This document shows, piece by piece, positions 50,158-60,094 of a DNA stretch of 60,094 nt. Below the pieces are notes generated by a model. It ran no database searches. It was not told the origin of the DNA and saw nothing but the letters and a program-made list of their open reading frames with translations. Within the stretch, counting starts at the first letter, position 1. Every line of letters starts with the position of its first letter. The translations under genes and the position numbers were made by a program. The stretch comes from Octopus bimaculoides (lineage: Eukaryota): NCBI RefSeq assembly GCF_001194135.2, contig NC_068999.1, positions 19,204,316 through 19,264,409 on the forward strand, in the 5' to 3' direction.

Positions 50158-50956
50158 TTACTTTGTAATTCTTCCATAATCGTTGAAATGTCGATGTCAC
50201 TTAAAAAACACCATGTGATCCGACTTGATATATAGCAGCCTCGTCTCGGCAGCAATGTCGGATTTCCTGTATCTCTCCATTCAGTTATCTGAACCTTAGT
50301 GAGAGAGTTTTGTGTAAGATGTCCATGAAAACTCAAGTCACAGGAAATCGACTCAAATTGTTTAAACAATTGTATATAAATTTATAAGTAAATGTTTAGA
50401 GTGTTTAGTTTGTCCACTTAGTCCTCTATCTCTCTATCTATATATATATATATATACATATATATATGTTTCTGTGCGTGTGTGTTTGTGTCTGTGTATA
50501 TACACACACACACACACATATATGTATATATNNNNNNNNNNNNNNNNNNNNNNNNNNNNNNNNNNNNNNNNNNNNNNNNNNNNNNNNNNNNNNNNNNNNN
50601 NNNNNNNNNNNNNNNNNNNNNNNNNNNNNNNNNNNNNNNNNNNNNNNNNNNNNNNNNNNNNNNNNNNNNNNNNNNNNNNNNNNNNNNNNNNNNNNNNNNN
50701 NNNNNNNNNNNNNNNNNNNNNNNNNNNNNNNNNNNNNNNNNNNNNNNNNNNNNNNNNNNNNNNNNNNNNNNNNNNNNNNNNNNNNNNNNNNNNNNNNNNN
50801 NNNNNNNNNNNNNNNNNNNNNNNNNNNNNNNNNNNNNNNNNNNNNNNNNNNNNNNNNNNNNNNNNNNNNNNNNNNNNNNNNNNNNNNNNNNNNNNNNNNN
50901 NNNNNNNNNNNNNNNNNNNNNNNNNNNNNNNNNNNNNNNNNNNNNNNNNNNNNNNN

Positions 50957-50987
<31 letters not shown>

Positions 50988-51924
50988 TGCATATTTATAT
51001 ACATACATGTACATATGTATAATGCATACACAAACTATATATATTCATATATGCAAACAAACTGCTGTGAAATTGAAAGTTTCTTAAACTACATAATCAT
51101 ATATCTGACGTTCATATTTAATTTTTGTTTCATCTTATACATTATGTAAGAAGAAAATGGCGAAATAAATACAGATAACTGTTTATAAGAAAATATTCTG
51201 CGAAATGCATAACCATGAAATCATAAAGAAAATTATTCTAGTAACTGTATTTTAGAACTGTGTTCCGAATTGATATACCAGACACTTTTTATTGCTTTTT
51301 TCATCTTTTCATCGTATTTTCCACAAACGTTTTGCTGCCGCAGATTCAATAAGTGATAAGTTCTTAAAAAACAAATTAAAAGATAGTGAAATACGTTATA
51401 CATTGATAACGATGAAACACAGATATGACTACTTTGCCGAAAAAATACGAAGATTAGAGTAAATAAGTTTGCTTGAGACACATACAAATGCGTTTCTTAA
51501 CCAATCGAAACCAGTAGACGAGAGGAATGAATGATAAACAAAGTTTTCAGGAATGTGGAATCTATAGAATAGCAGCTTTAAATTATATTATAAACGATTC
51601 ACAACATGAAATATAATATTAGAGGAAACTCAGGTAACTGCACAGATTCATTGAGGTATAAATATGTAGTATATAAATTATGATCTTAATACAGCATAGA
51701 CGGGGATACTTCATACGAGGATAATAATAATTGCAAGACCCTCTTGAAAATACCACAGTGTAACATTTTTTCCGTCTTTGGTCAATAAGTGTTATTTCCT
51801 ACTTGCTTCTATCTAGAAATGGAAATATATGGTTTCTATTCAATTCAAACTTTGCTTTTGTGACCTGAGCATCGATGGTTTCAAACTAACCTATTTTCCA
51901 TTACTTTTCAGCGCTGGGTTGGTG

Positions 51925-52110
51925 GTGGGTGTATATCGTTAAAGAGGATATTCTGCTCAGTACCACGGATTTGCTTGTCACTTGCTTCACTTTAACTACC
52001 TGAGCATGTCACCTAGTGGCTTGCAATATATCCATATCTGATCATGAGCAGAAGTGCACCAAAGCCGATGTTGGAAGGGACTCTTTGAAGTTTGAATAAA
52101 TTTAACAAAA
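51925..52110. repeat. Partial copy of the dispersed repeat at 21271-21695 (opposite orientation)
   Basis: ATATTCTGCTCAGTACCACGGATTTGCTTGTC...GAGCATGTC...CTGATCATGAGCAGAAGT...CTCTTTGAAGTTTGAATAA. Confidence 0.7.
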
Positions 52111-52624
52111 GCAAAATTTAAAGGAAATATTTACCATCTTCCATACCTTCTAAAGATAAGCAAATTAATAACGGCTGCTACCCTAGGAGAAAAACCGTGT
52201 TACACAGTGTATTTTGCATAAATAAATCTATATATTTTAATATTTTAATCATTAAGTAAGCTGGTATTGTAATTTTTCTCCCAAGCATCGGCATTTCATG
52301 AACCATAGGTTGTTTTACATAAACATATTAAAACGTTATTGGCAATTAATTTCACTGAGAATAGACTAGATACCATATATTTTATATCATATATTGAGAA
52401 AGTGAAATTTCTGGCGTGATAAACATCACCAAAGATGTTGTTCGGCTATACTTCAATTTGCATCCTTGGGATATACATAGATATATTAAGACATATAAGC
52501 AAAAGCATATAAGCAAATAGACATACACGCACATACACACACACGCACATATTCATGAATAATTTTATATGCAATCTAATACAAGCATGCTTTGATAGAC
52601 ACGCATATGTATGTATATATGTCT

Positions 52625-53315
52625 GGCTGGCTGGATCGTGAGAACCTTCAGAACTAGAGAGAAGGAAACCATGATGGTCCTCTGGGAGGCATTCGTCCTC
52701 AGCCGTGTGGACCACTACTCACAACTATGGTCACTGTGTAAAATTAACGGCGGATTCTCAAGCAATCCAGCGAAGCTACACAAGGAAGATCGTCTCATTG
52801 CAACAGCTCAGCTACCGGGAATGACAGAAACGGCTAAGACTCTACTCCCTGAAGCAAGAGCGGGAGATATATGCAGTAATATACGCCTAGAAGATCCTGG
52901 AAAGGATTCGGAAAAAAATTGGCATTGAAAGCTACACAAATGCCAGAACGGGACGCCACTAGTCGATGCCAAATATCGCAAACTTAACGTCGCGTTACAG
53001 GAATAGCTACAGCAGTACCGTGGGTTTTAATGGAACACTGTTTTGTAATATTCTACCAAAGTGCCTGAGAGTCATACACAAAGTGGATGTATGTGTTTTC
53101 AAACTAAAACTGGATCTCTTCCTGTCGAGTGTCCAAGATAAACCTACTTGGCGGCAGAGGGCGCAAATGAGGGCAGCGACATCAAACTCCTTTATTCACC
53201 AGATGCCACGTATCGTGTCACAGGAGTCTCCCAATAATAATAGTGTTGCAAAACAGCGGCGCCCCAGCATGTATGCAGATACGATCTGAAACCGATAAAA
53301 TAATAAAAGAATAAA
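52625..53315 (+). mobile_element. CR1/L2-group LINE, 5'-truncated RT C-terminus plus 3' tail
   Basis: AGWIVRTFRTREKETMMVLWEAFVLSRVDHYSQLWS; YSLKQERERY..IYA.KILE; STVGFNGTLFCNILPKCLR..VDVCVFKLKLDLFLSSVQD; A-rich tail. Confidence 0.85.
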
Positions 53316-53419
53316 CGAAAGTGCGTGTATATATATATGTATATATATATATAGAGTTATTAATATTTCTAAGTCTCTCTAAAGGAGACTACGGCAGCGG
53401 TACTGGAAATTAATAGTTA

Positions 53420-53563
53420 TCGCCAAGCCAACATGGCAGTCCCAAAATTAGGACGAAAGCTGCCCTGAATTAGCTCCAAGAAGCCATTGCCTCTAGCTAG
53501 CTATGTGACACACGAAACCTGTGTCCTTTATAACCTACGAACAGGGGAGGTCAGCAGTGTCCC
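53420..53563 (+). repeat. Dispersed repeat sharing a structured domain with the minus strand of the 40.2-40.7 kb element
   Basis: Shared blocks TG.CAGTCCC, TTAG..C.A.GAAGC, TGACACA, CCTGTGTCCTT, ACA.GGGGAG..AGCA; truncated by N-gap. Confidence 0.55.
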
Positions 53564-54728
53564 NNNNNNNNNNNNNNNNNNNNNNNNNNNNNNNNNNNNN
53601 NNNNNNNNNNNNNNNNNNNNNNNNNNNNNNNNNNNNNNNNNNNNNNNNNNNNNNNNNNNNNNNNNNNNNNNNNNNNNNNNNNNNNNNNNNNNNNNNNNNN
53701 NNNNNNNNNNNNNNNNNNNNNNNNNNNNNNNNNNNNNNNNNNNNNNNNNNNNNNNNNNNNNNNNNNNNNNNNNNNNNNNNNNNNNNNNNNNNNNNNNNNN
53801 NNNNNNNNNNNNNNNNNNNNNNNNNNNNNNNNNNNNNNNNNNNNNNNNNNNNNNNNNNNNNNNNNNNNNNNNNNNNNNNNNNNNNNNNNNNNNNNNNNNN
53901 NNNNNNNNNNNNNNNNNNNNNNNNNNNNNTATATATATATATACATACACACGCTTTTATACACACACATACACAAAATATTCGTTCAATATGTGTGTAT
54001 GCGTATATGCATTCATATGTGAGCGTGCCTGTGTGCGCGTGTGTGTATACAGGAATATATGGGAAGACTGAAAGCCAGTGTGCATATTCATCTTATTATC
54101 TTCTTATAGCACTATGTCTCTGTTTATACAAATAAAATCAGTTTTTACTTTAATTTAGATAACGATTCCACTTTTCATAGAAATGAAATTAAAAACAAAA
54201 GATCACATTTTATGGTTTACCAGTATAAATTCTTCGTGTTTTATTTTTAGGTTGGACTGCTTCACGACAGATTGCATATAATAGATATTGCACAGAAAAT
54301 TTGTATATGTTGACTAACATTCTTCGAAGCAATTATTACTGTAATTTACAACATATTCTCCATTTTTTCTTCTTTGTGCACATTAACTGCATCAATAACG
54401 ATCTGTATCTCATAGATTTTCAGGTTTCATTTAGTTTTTGTATATTCCTCTATTATGTTTTGAATATATAGAAATTTTTTTTTCTGTTTTTACACTGAAG
54501 ATGCATCAAAATAATTAATGTTATCATTTTTTGGTATAACTCATGATTTATGATTAATTTTGCTTATTTCCTGTTATTTTCATATATCTGTTTTGTTACT
54601 GATTTATTCTGGCAGCAGACATTGCACTGACATGCAATCATTTATTTATACGCGAATATTATACATGCATACATATATGAATACATACACACATATATAC
54701 ATATATGCATACATACATACTCATACAC

Positions 54729-54771
<43 letters not shown>

Positions 54772-55359
54772 GACAAAAATCAAAAGAACATACAACCATA
54801 CACATATAAACACATAGTCATATACATGAATATATATATATATATATATATATANNNNNNNNNNNNNNNNNNNNNNNNNNNNNNNNNNNNNNNNNNNNNN
54901 NNNNNNNNNNNNNNNNNNNNNNNNNNNNNNNNNNNNNNNNNNNNNNNNNNNNNNNNNNNNNNNNNNNNNNNNNNNNNNNNNNNNNNNNNNNNNNNNNNNN
55001 NNNNNNNNNNNNNNNNNNNNNNNNNNNNNNNNNNNNNNNNNNNNNNNNNNNNNNNNNNNNNNNNNNNNNNNNNNNNNNNNNNNNNNNNNNNNNNNNNNNN
55101 NNNNNNNNNNNNNNNNNNNNNNNNNNNNNNNNNNNNNNNNNNNNNNNNNNNNNNNNNNNNNNNNNNNNNNNNNNNNNNNNNNNNNNNNNNNNNNNNNNNN
55201 NNNNNNNNNNNNNNNNNNNNNNNNNNNNNNNNNNNNNNNNNNNNNNNNNNNNNNNNNNNNNNNNNNNNNNNNNNNNNNNNNNNNNNNNNNNNNNNNNNNN
55301 NNNNNNNNNNNNNNNNNNNNNNNNNNATATATATATAATTGTAGAGTTCTGGTAGCGAA

Positions 55360-55460
55360 GGCAAATTTGCTTTTGACTCTCTCTCAACGCCATCCATGAC
55401 GTGGTAGTTTAGGGGTTTTAAATCAGGTGGGTTAATTGTCAATATGTTTAAGGGTTCATC
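55360..55460 (-). mobile_element. Tc1/mariner-superfamily transposase C-terminal scrap
   Basis: NPPDLKPLNYHVMDGVERESK resembles PPNSPDLNPLDYYVW.VVERETNK. Confidence 0.5.
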
Positions 55461-55979
55461 TATGTAACAGTAATTTTTTGATGTAGGTCTTCAAGACGTT
55501 CCTTACTGGCTCGATGCATACTAGTAAATCCACCCTGCGAAATTACTATGAGACGTGAGGAGGTATGTTACTCTTGATCCTCAACAGCATCACGGACAAT
55601 TGAATATTCGAAAGGTATCTGCTATTCCTTCTGCGGAGTACTTGTCCTCAGTGATATGAAAATCCTAATTAATTCAACGGTATGTAATAATAAATAACAA
55701 GCTATAGCGTAATAAGCTATACTGTTAAGTGTTAGTTTGCATGTTATACAATTATATTTACTTACATACATAGATATATATATACACACATATCTATGCC
55801 TATATGCACACATAAATGTATACATATACATATGTTTGCATGCTTAGTCAGTATGGAATTTTTCCATGGTCATTTTGTGGCAGAATGCAACATTTTTAAG
55901 GTAAAAAAAATTGCAAACCTCATTTGTGAAGCTTCGGCAGAAAAGCACAATGACAAGAGACACGCTTTTATACATACAT

Positions 55980-56026
<47 letters not shown>

Positions 56027-57084
56027 NNNNNNNNNNNNNNNNNNNNNNNNNNNNNNNNNNNNNNNNNNNNNNNNNNNNNNNNNNNNNNNNNNNNNNNNNN
56101 NNNNNNNNNNNNNNNNNNNNNNNNNNNNNNNNNNNNNNNNNNNNNNNNNNNNNNNNNNNNNNNNNNNNNNNNNNNNNNNNNNNNNNNNNNNNNNNNNNNN
56201 NNNNNNNNNNNNNNNNNNNNATATAAGGAAAATAAGGCGAAGTAGAAAATACTTAAGAAATTTCATCATAAAATACATTTTGTAATGGCTAGTATTGGCT
56301 TCTGTCTTTTCGATTTTTATGAACTAAGAGTAAAACAACGGTGAATATTAAGAAAAAAACAATTAAATTTAAGACAAACCTATATAAAATGTTTTTTTAA
56401 ATGTTTCCATAGGTACGATATGTTCCTTTTTTCTATCTTTTTCGCTTTTCCTTTGTGAGGGTTTGTGATGTAAGTAGGTAGTAGCAAATTTGAAAAAAAT
56501 TGTTTATGTTTATATGTGCAGATATATTTGGTTCCGAAGTTTGATGGTTTAAGCAGCCACAGCCAAAGAAGAAGATGAAGAAGGGTGAGGGGAAACAGGA
56601 CAGGAATGAGAAAAACAAGAGGAAGAAGGAAAAGGAGAAGAAAAAGAGGAAGAGGAAGAAAAAGAAAACGGAGAACAAGAAGAGGTAGAAGAAATAGAAA
56701 AAAAAGAAGAGAAAAAGAAAAAGGCGGTAGTGGTATTAACCACTGGTAGATGCTGTCCGTGGAATCTACTTTAATGGTCAAGTTGCTTCAAAGTGACCTG
56801 ATGAGCTTGCAGCTGCAGTAGTTGTAGGAACTATCTGAATAGATTCGTCGGTTTTTAAAATATCGTTTTTATTCTTTCCGAGGATATTATACTAAGACCC
56901 ATTGAAAACAGATTTATATTTTGCGATAAAATGTGATTCTTTGCTAATGCGCTGATTATAGTTTGCATTGTCCCTTAATGTACTGAGGGGAAACATTCTA
57001 AATTTGGGTTATTCATTAGTGGTACAAATATCGATCTGTTCACTGTTCATTTTTCTATATTCCCGCTTTTCAGTCTGGGACCGT

Positions 57085-57520
57085 GTACGGTCATGCTCAG
57101 ACTTAGACCCTTGGCTCTTGACGGCAAAACAATACTTTAGAGATTGTTCTGAGGTTTGCCAGCCATTTTAACGGTCTGCTTTATATTCCAGGCGTAGACT
57201 ATCCCGCCTGCAAGAGGGTTACACAACAGCGAACTACTCAGTCCTTATATGGCAAACATATTAACAAAGAATTGAATTATGTAATCAGACAAATAAAACA
57301 GTTGTAAAAGTCCTGACAGATATGCCATATCCGTTGAAATCTTGAAGCATGCAGGTGTGAAGCTTATTGAAAGCCTGTATAGTACTGTGCACTAAATTTG
57401 AGAGACGGAAACGGTTCCACAGTTCTACAACGACGCAGGCATCGTTCGTATATAGAAAAAAAGGATTTTAGAGCGGACGGTGAAAACAAAGGTATATGTA
57501 TCTTATGAAGAGGTGGGTAG
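57085..57520 (+). mobile_element. RTE-clade LINE RT N-terminal fragment
   Basis: VLRFASHFNGLL; ELNYVIRQIK; KSPDRYAISVEILKHAGVKLIESL; ETVPQFYNDAGIVRI.KK; ENKGICIL resembles KAPG.DGIP.E..K.GG..L...W..VPQ..DA.IV..YK.KG..C.NYRGISLL. Confidence 0.8.
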
Positions 57521-58862
57521 CTCTTGACTCATATACTATTAAACAAACTAAAAGAGTATATCTGTCCAAAATTCTTATCTGACACTCGGCGTGGGATATG
57601 TTGAGATAGAAGCACTGTAGAAATGGCCTTCTGTTTTCGCCAAATTCACAAACAATGCATTGTACAGAACAAACATATATATGCAGTTTTCATAGATTTC
57701 AGAAAGTCTTAAATAGAATAGCGTGTTAAAATTTGGTTGGTTATTAAGAAACATGGATGACCTCGAAGATTGATCATTGAATTTCAATAGTTTCAATTAA
57801 AAAGTTAACACCGTGTATATGATACCCAAGAATCGTGCTTCTACACTATTAATTAAAGAGACCAATAATGTAGGAACCCAAATTTCCATCTAAAATATAT
57901 GAATGAACTACACTAATAATAATAGGGGAAGGTGACTTTTGTCGGTTCATACAGTTAAAAATATGTATTTATTGGTTTTAAATAAATTTAATTAAAATGA
58001 ACATTGTCTGAATGGTACAATAATAACATAAGTTCTTAAAGTTAAATATGTTTTCTTTGGATTTAATGATTTTAGGTACAAGTAAACACTGTATATATGC
58101 CAAATAAGAAAATATTTCTATACCATTGATTAAATAGACCAGTATATATAAGAAACCACATTATCAACTAATATATCAAAATAGATAATTACTTTAATAA
58201 CTAATACAACTTCTTTCATTAATAACAAACAAAAAAGTAAATAAGTAAAAGTAGCAAATAAGTACATACCTAGATTTATTTTTTAACTTTGAATACGAAC
58301 ATATAAATATATTTTATGAATATGATACAATGCTAAAGGCAAGTTTATAAACGTATATATAATTATATACATATAAAGCTATATATAAATGGTGAAGGCA
58401 AGTTTATAAACCTATATAGTCAATGAGGCATGTGTCTACAGACATACTGAAGAGAGATAAAGGTATATGGCTTGCTAGTAAAAAATGGTTTGCAGCACTC
58501 AAAAGGCCGAATAGTAACATAAACTAGTCTTCTGGACAATGCCTATCCCTTGCCCAATGCGGTCAAAATCAACTTCTAGCTATTTTTGGAACAACATCCA
58601 AGACGCACAATCCACGATTGAATTAGTATGAACTATCCATCCGTTAGGATGTCAGAAAATGTAACAATCAAGTTGTATATTCATAACAGTCAACTTTTGG
58701 CCTGGTGAGGGTTTTTACTTTTTTCAAATTCATAATGCGATTTGACAGCATAAATATGGATTTAATCGAAACGCACGTAGGCAACACGAATTGACTATTA
58801 TAATAAACATATTGATTATTCTGTGTATGTATTCTTCATATTCTTTGTGTGTATATATATAC

Positions 58863-58909
<47 letters not shown>

Positions 58910-59039
58910 GGGAGGGAGAGAGGGAGAGCGAGAGAGAGCGATTGAGTGAGAGACAGTTTTATACATATGTGTGTGCGTGTGTGTGTGTGTGTGTTTGCAT
59001 GGGTGTGTGTGTGTATGTGTGTGTGTGTGTGTGTGTTTT

Positions 59040-59187
59040 CAAAATCTACCATAAAACAAATCTAGACCACAAGTCTTTGATCGACAGAAAGCTATTGGAG
59101 ACGGCACCTACAATAATGAGCCGCGAAATTTCTAATTAAAAGAGTGTTTGCACTGAAGAAACGTAAATATTGGAAACATGTCAGCAA
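59040..59187 (+). mobile_element. Possible Penelope-like 3' end with decayed hammerhead motif (59148-59187)
   Basis: NLDHKSLIDRKLLETAPTIMSREISN* resembles a GIY-YIG ORF end; followed by TTGCA-CTGAAGA-AACGTAAATATTG-GAAA-CATG-TC-AGCAA (intact core, same ACATGT stem III as 40548, weak stems I and II). Confidence 0.5.
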
Positions 59188-59914
59188 CTAGGATGATAAT
59201 GGTGCTAATACTTCGATATATTAAATTATGTGTAGTCTAATAATATAGAATTTAAAGAACTTAATGTTTTACTTAAGTACATGTAAGACATTTACAATTG
59301 TACTCGTGTACAATTAATGTATCTAAAATAATGTATCACTTAGCGTAGTTTCTTCGGGAGATCATTCAAACAGAGATAATAATGTTAAATTAGACTCGGC
59401 GTATTTAATGTTCTGTACGTAAGAAAATTAATATGAAATACGCAGTGTTGAACAAACATCGTCTCAATGGTAAATATTCATTTATTCATTTGAGCATGCA
59501 TTCCAAACGCGTTTACCTGCTATCATTCATTATCAGCGAATGGATATCTGGCTGGAGCACTAATTAAAAAAGGTCTAATGAAAGTAATCATGACCTGAGT
59601 TCAGGTGATTAAGGCCAAGCTATCTTTTTCTCTTTCAAATTAGACTGATGATGGTCACCTCATTGAATATATTGGCATTAATTTAATGACTGCGGGAATT
59701 AATTTAAACGCACACGCAGCCTTTCATCAAGTTCGGCTGTGAGATCATGACCTTGCAATGTTAGGCACATGCATGTTGATTATCTACAATTAAATTATTT
59801 TCGTTGGATTACAAATGGTGTAACAGCTAAATATAACTATGTTCATACAAATTGCATAAGATTGCAAATTTTATTAATAATACTGAGGTACACATTGCTA
59901 TCTCGGGAGGATTT

Positions 59915-60060
59915 TACTTCTCAACCAAATGGTTCTGGGTTTGGCTCCACTGCATTGCATCATAGCAATATACCTTCTACTGTAGCCCGGGCCGAACTAA
60001 AGTGCTAAAATGTCTGAGTGGATATCCAACGCGGAAACTGAAAGTTACTCATCAGACACG
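59915..60060 (+). mobile_element. Highly degenerate SINE family A 5' half
   Basis: CAACCAAATGGTTCTGGGTTTGGCTCCACTGCATTGCATC...CTTCTACTGTAGCCCGGGCCGAACTAAAG...CGGAAACTGAAAG, then (TA)n. Confidence 0.6.
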
Positions 60061-60061
60061 T

Positions 60062-60094
<33 letters not shown>

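Noticed and set aside
56760-56850. Minus-strand acceptor with short Cys-containing frame (SSYNYCSCKLIRSL*)
   Set aside because: Too short and unsupported.
58335-58420. Short local direct repeats (AAGGCAAGTTTATAAAC x2; similar at 11036-11070, 37428/37551, 43035-43065)
   Set aside because: Ordinary slippage duplications; no spacer-repeat array, so not CRISPR-like.

Overview
AT-rich, microsatellite-dense eukaryotic DNA with many N-gaps. The two tRNA-derived SINE families and overall repeat landscape look like cephalopod (octopus-type) genome; this is inferred from recall, not a search. I can support no intact host protein-coding gene, and most ORF-track entries are microsatellite or gap artefacts. 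The window is mostly decayed mobile elements: several R4/Dong-like RLE non-LTR retrotransposon pieces (minus strand, tied to trinucleotide microsatellites), Penelope-like GIY-YIG remnants, a Helitron Rep (HUH) remnant, a Ty3/Gypsy LTR+PBS+gag fragment, a mariner transposase pseudogene, a mariner-type MITE, CR1/L2 and RTE RT fragments, and SINE copies. The most interesting feature is a 555-bp non-coding insertion at 40166-40720. It has a 350-nt head-to-tail monomer carrying a minimal type I hammerhead ribozyme, an inverted 5' segment and a 12-bp flanking direct repeat, which fits a retrozyme or non-autonomous Penelope-type element. Two more hammerhead-like motifs lie at 19.07 kb and 59.15 kb, and a degenerate one at 10.64 kb. 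A few splice/promoter-like signals may belong to an unseen host transcript, at low confidence. All element boundaries were set by eye and are approximate unless stated.
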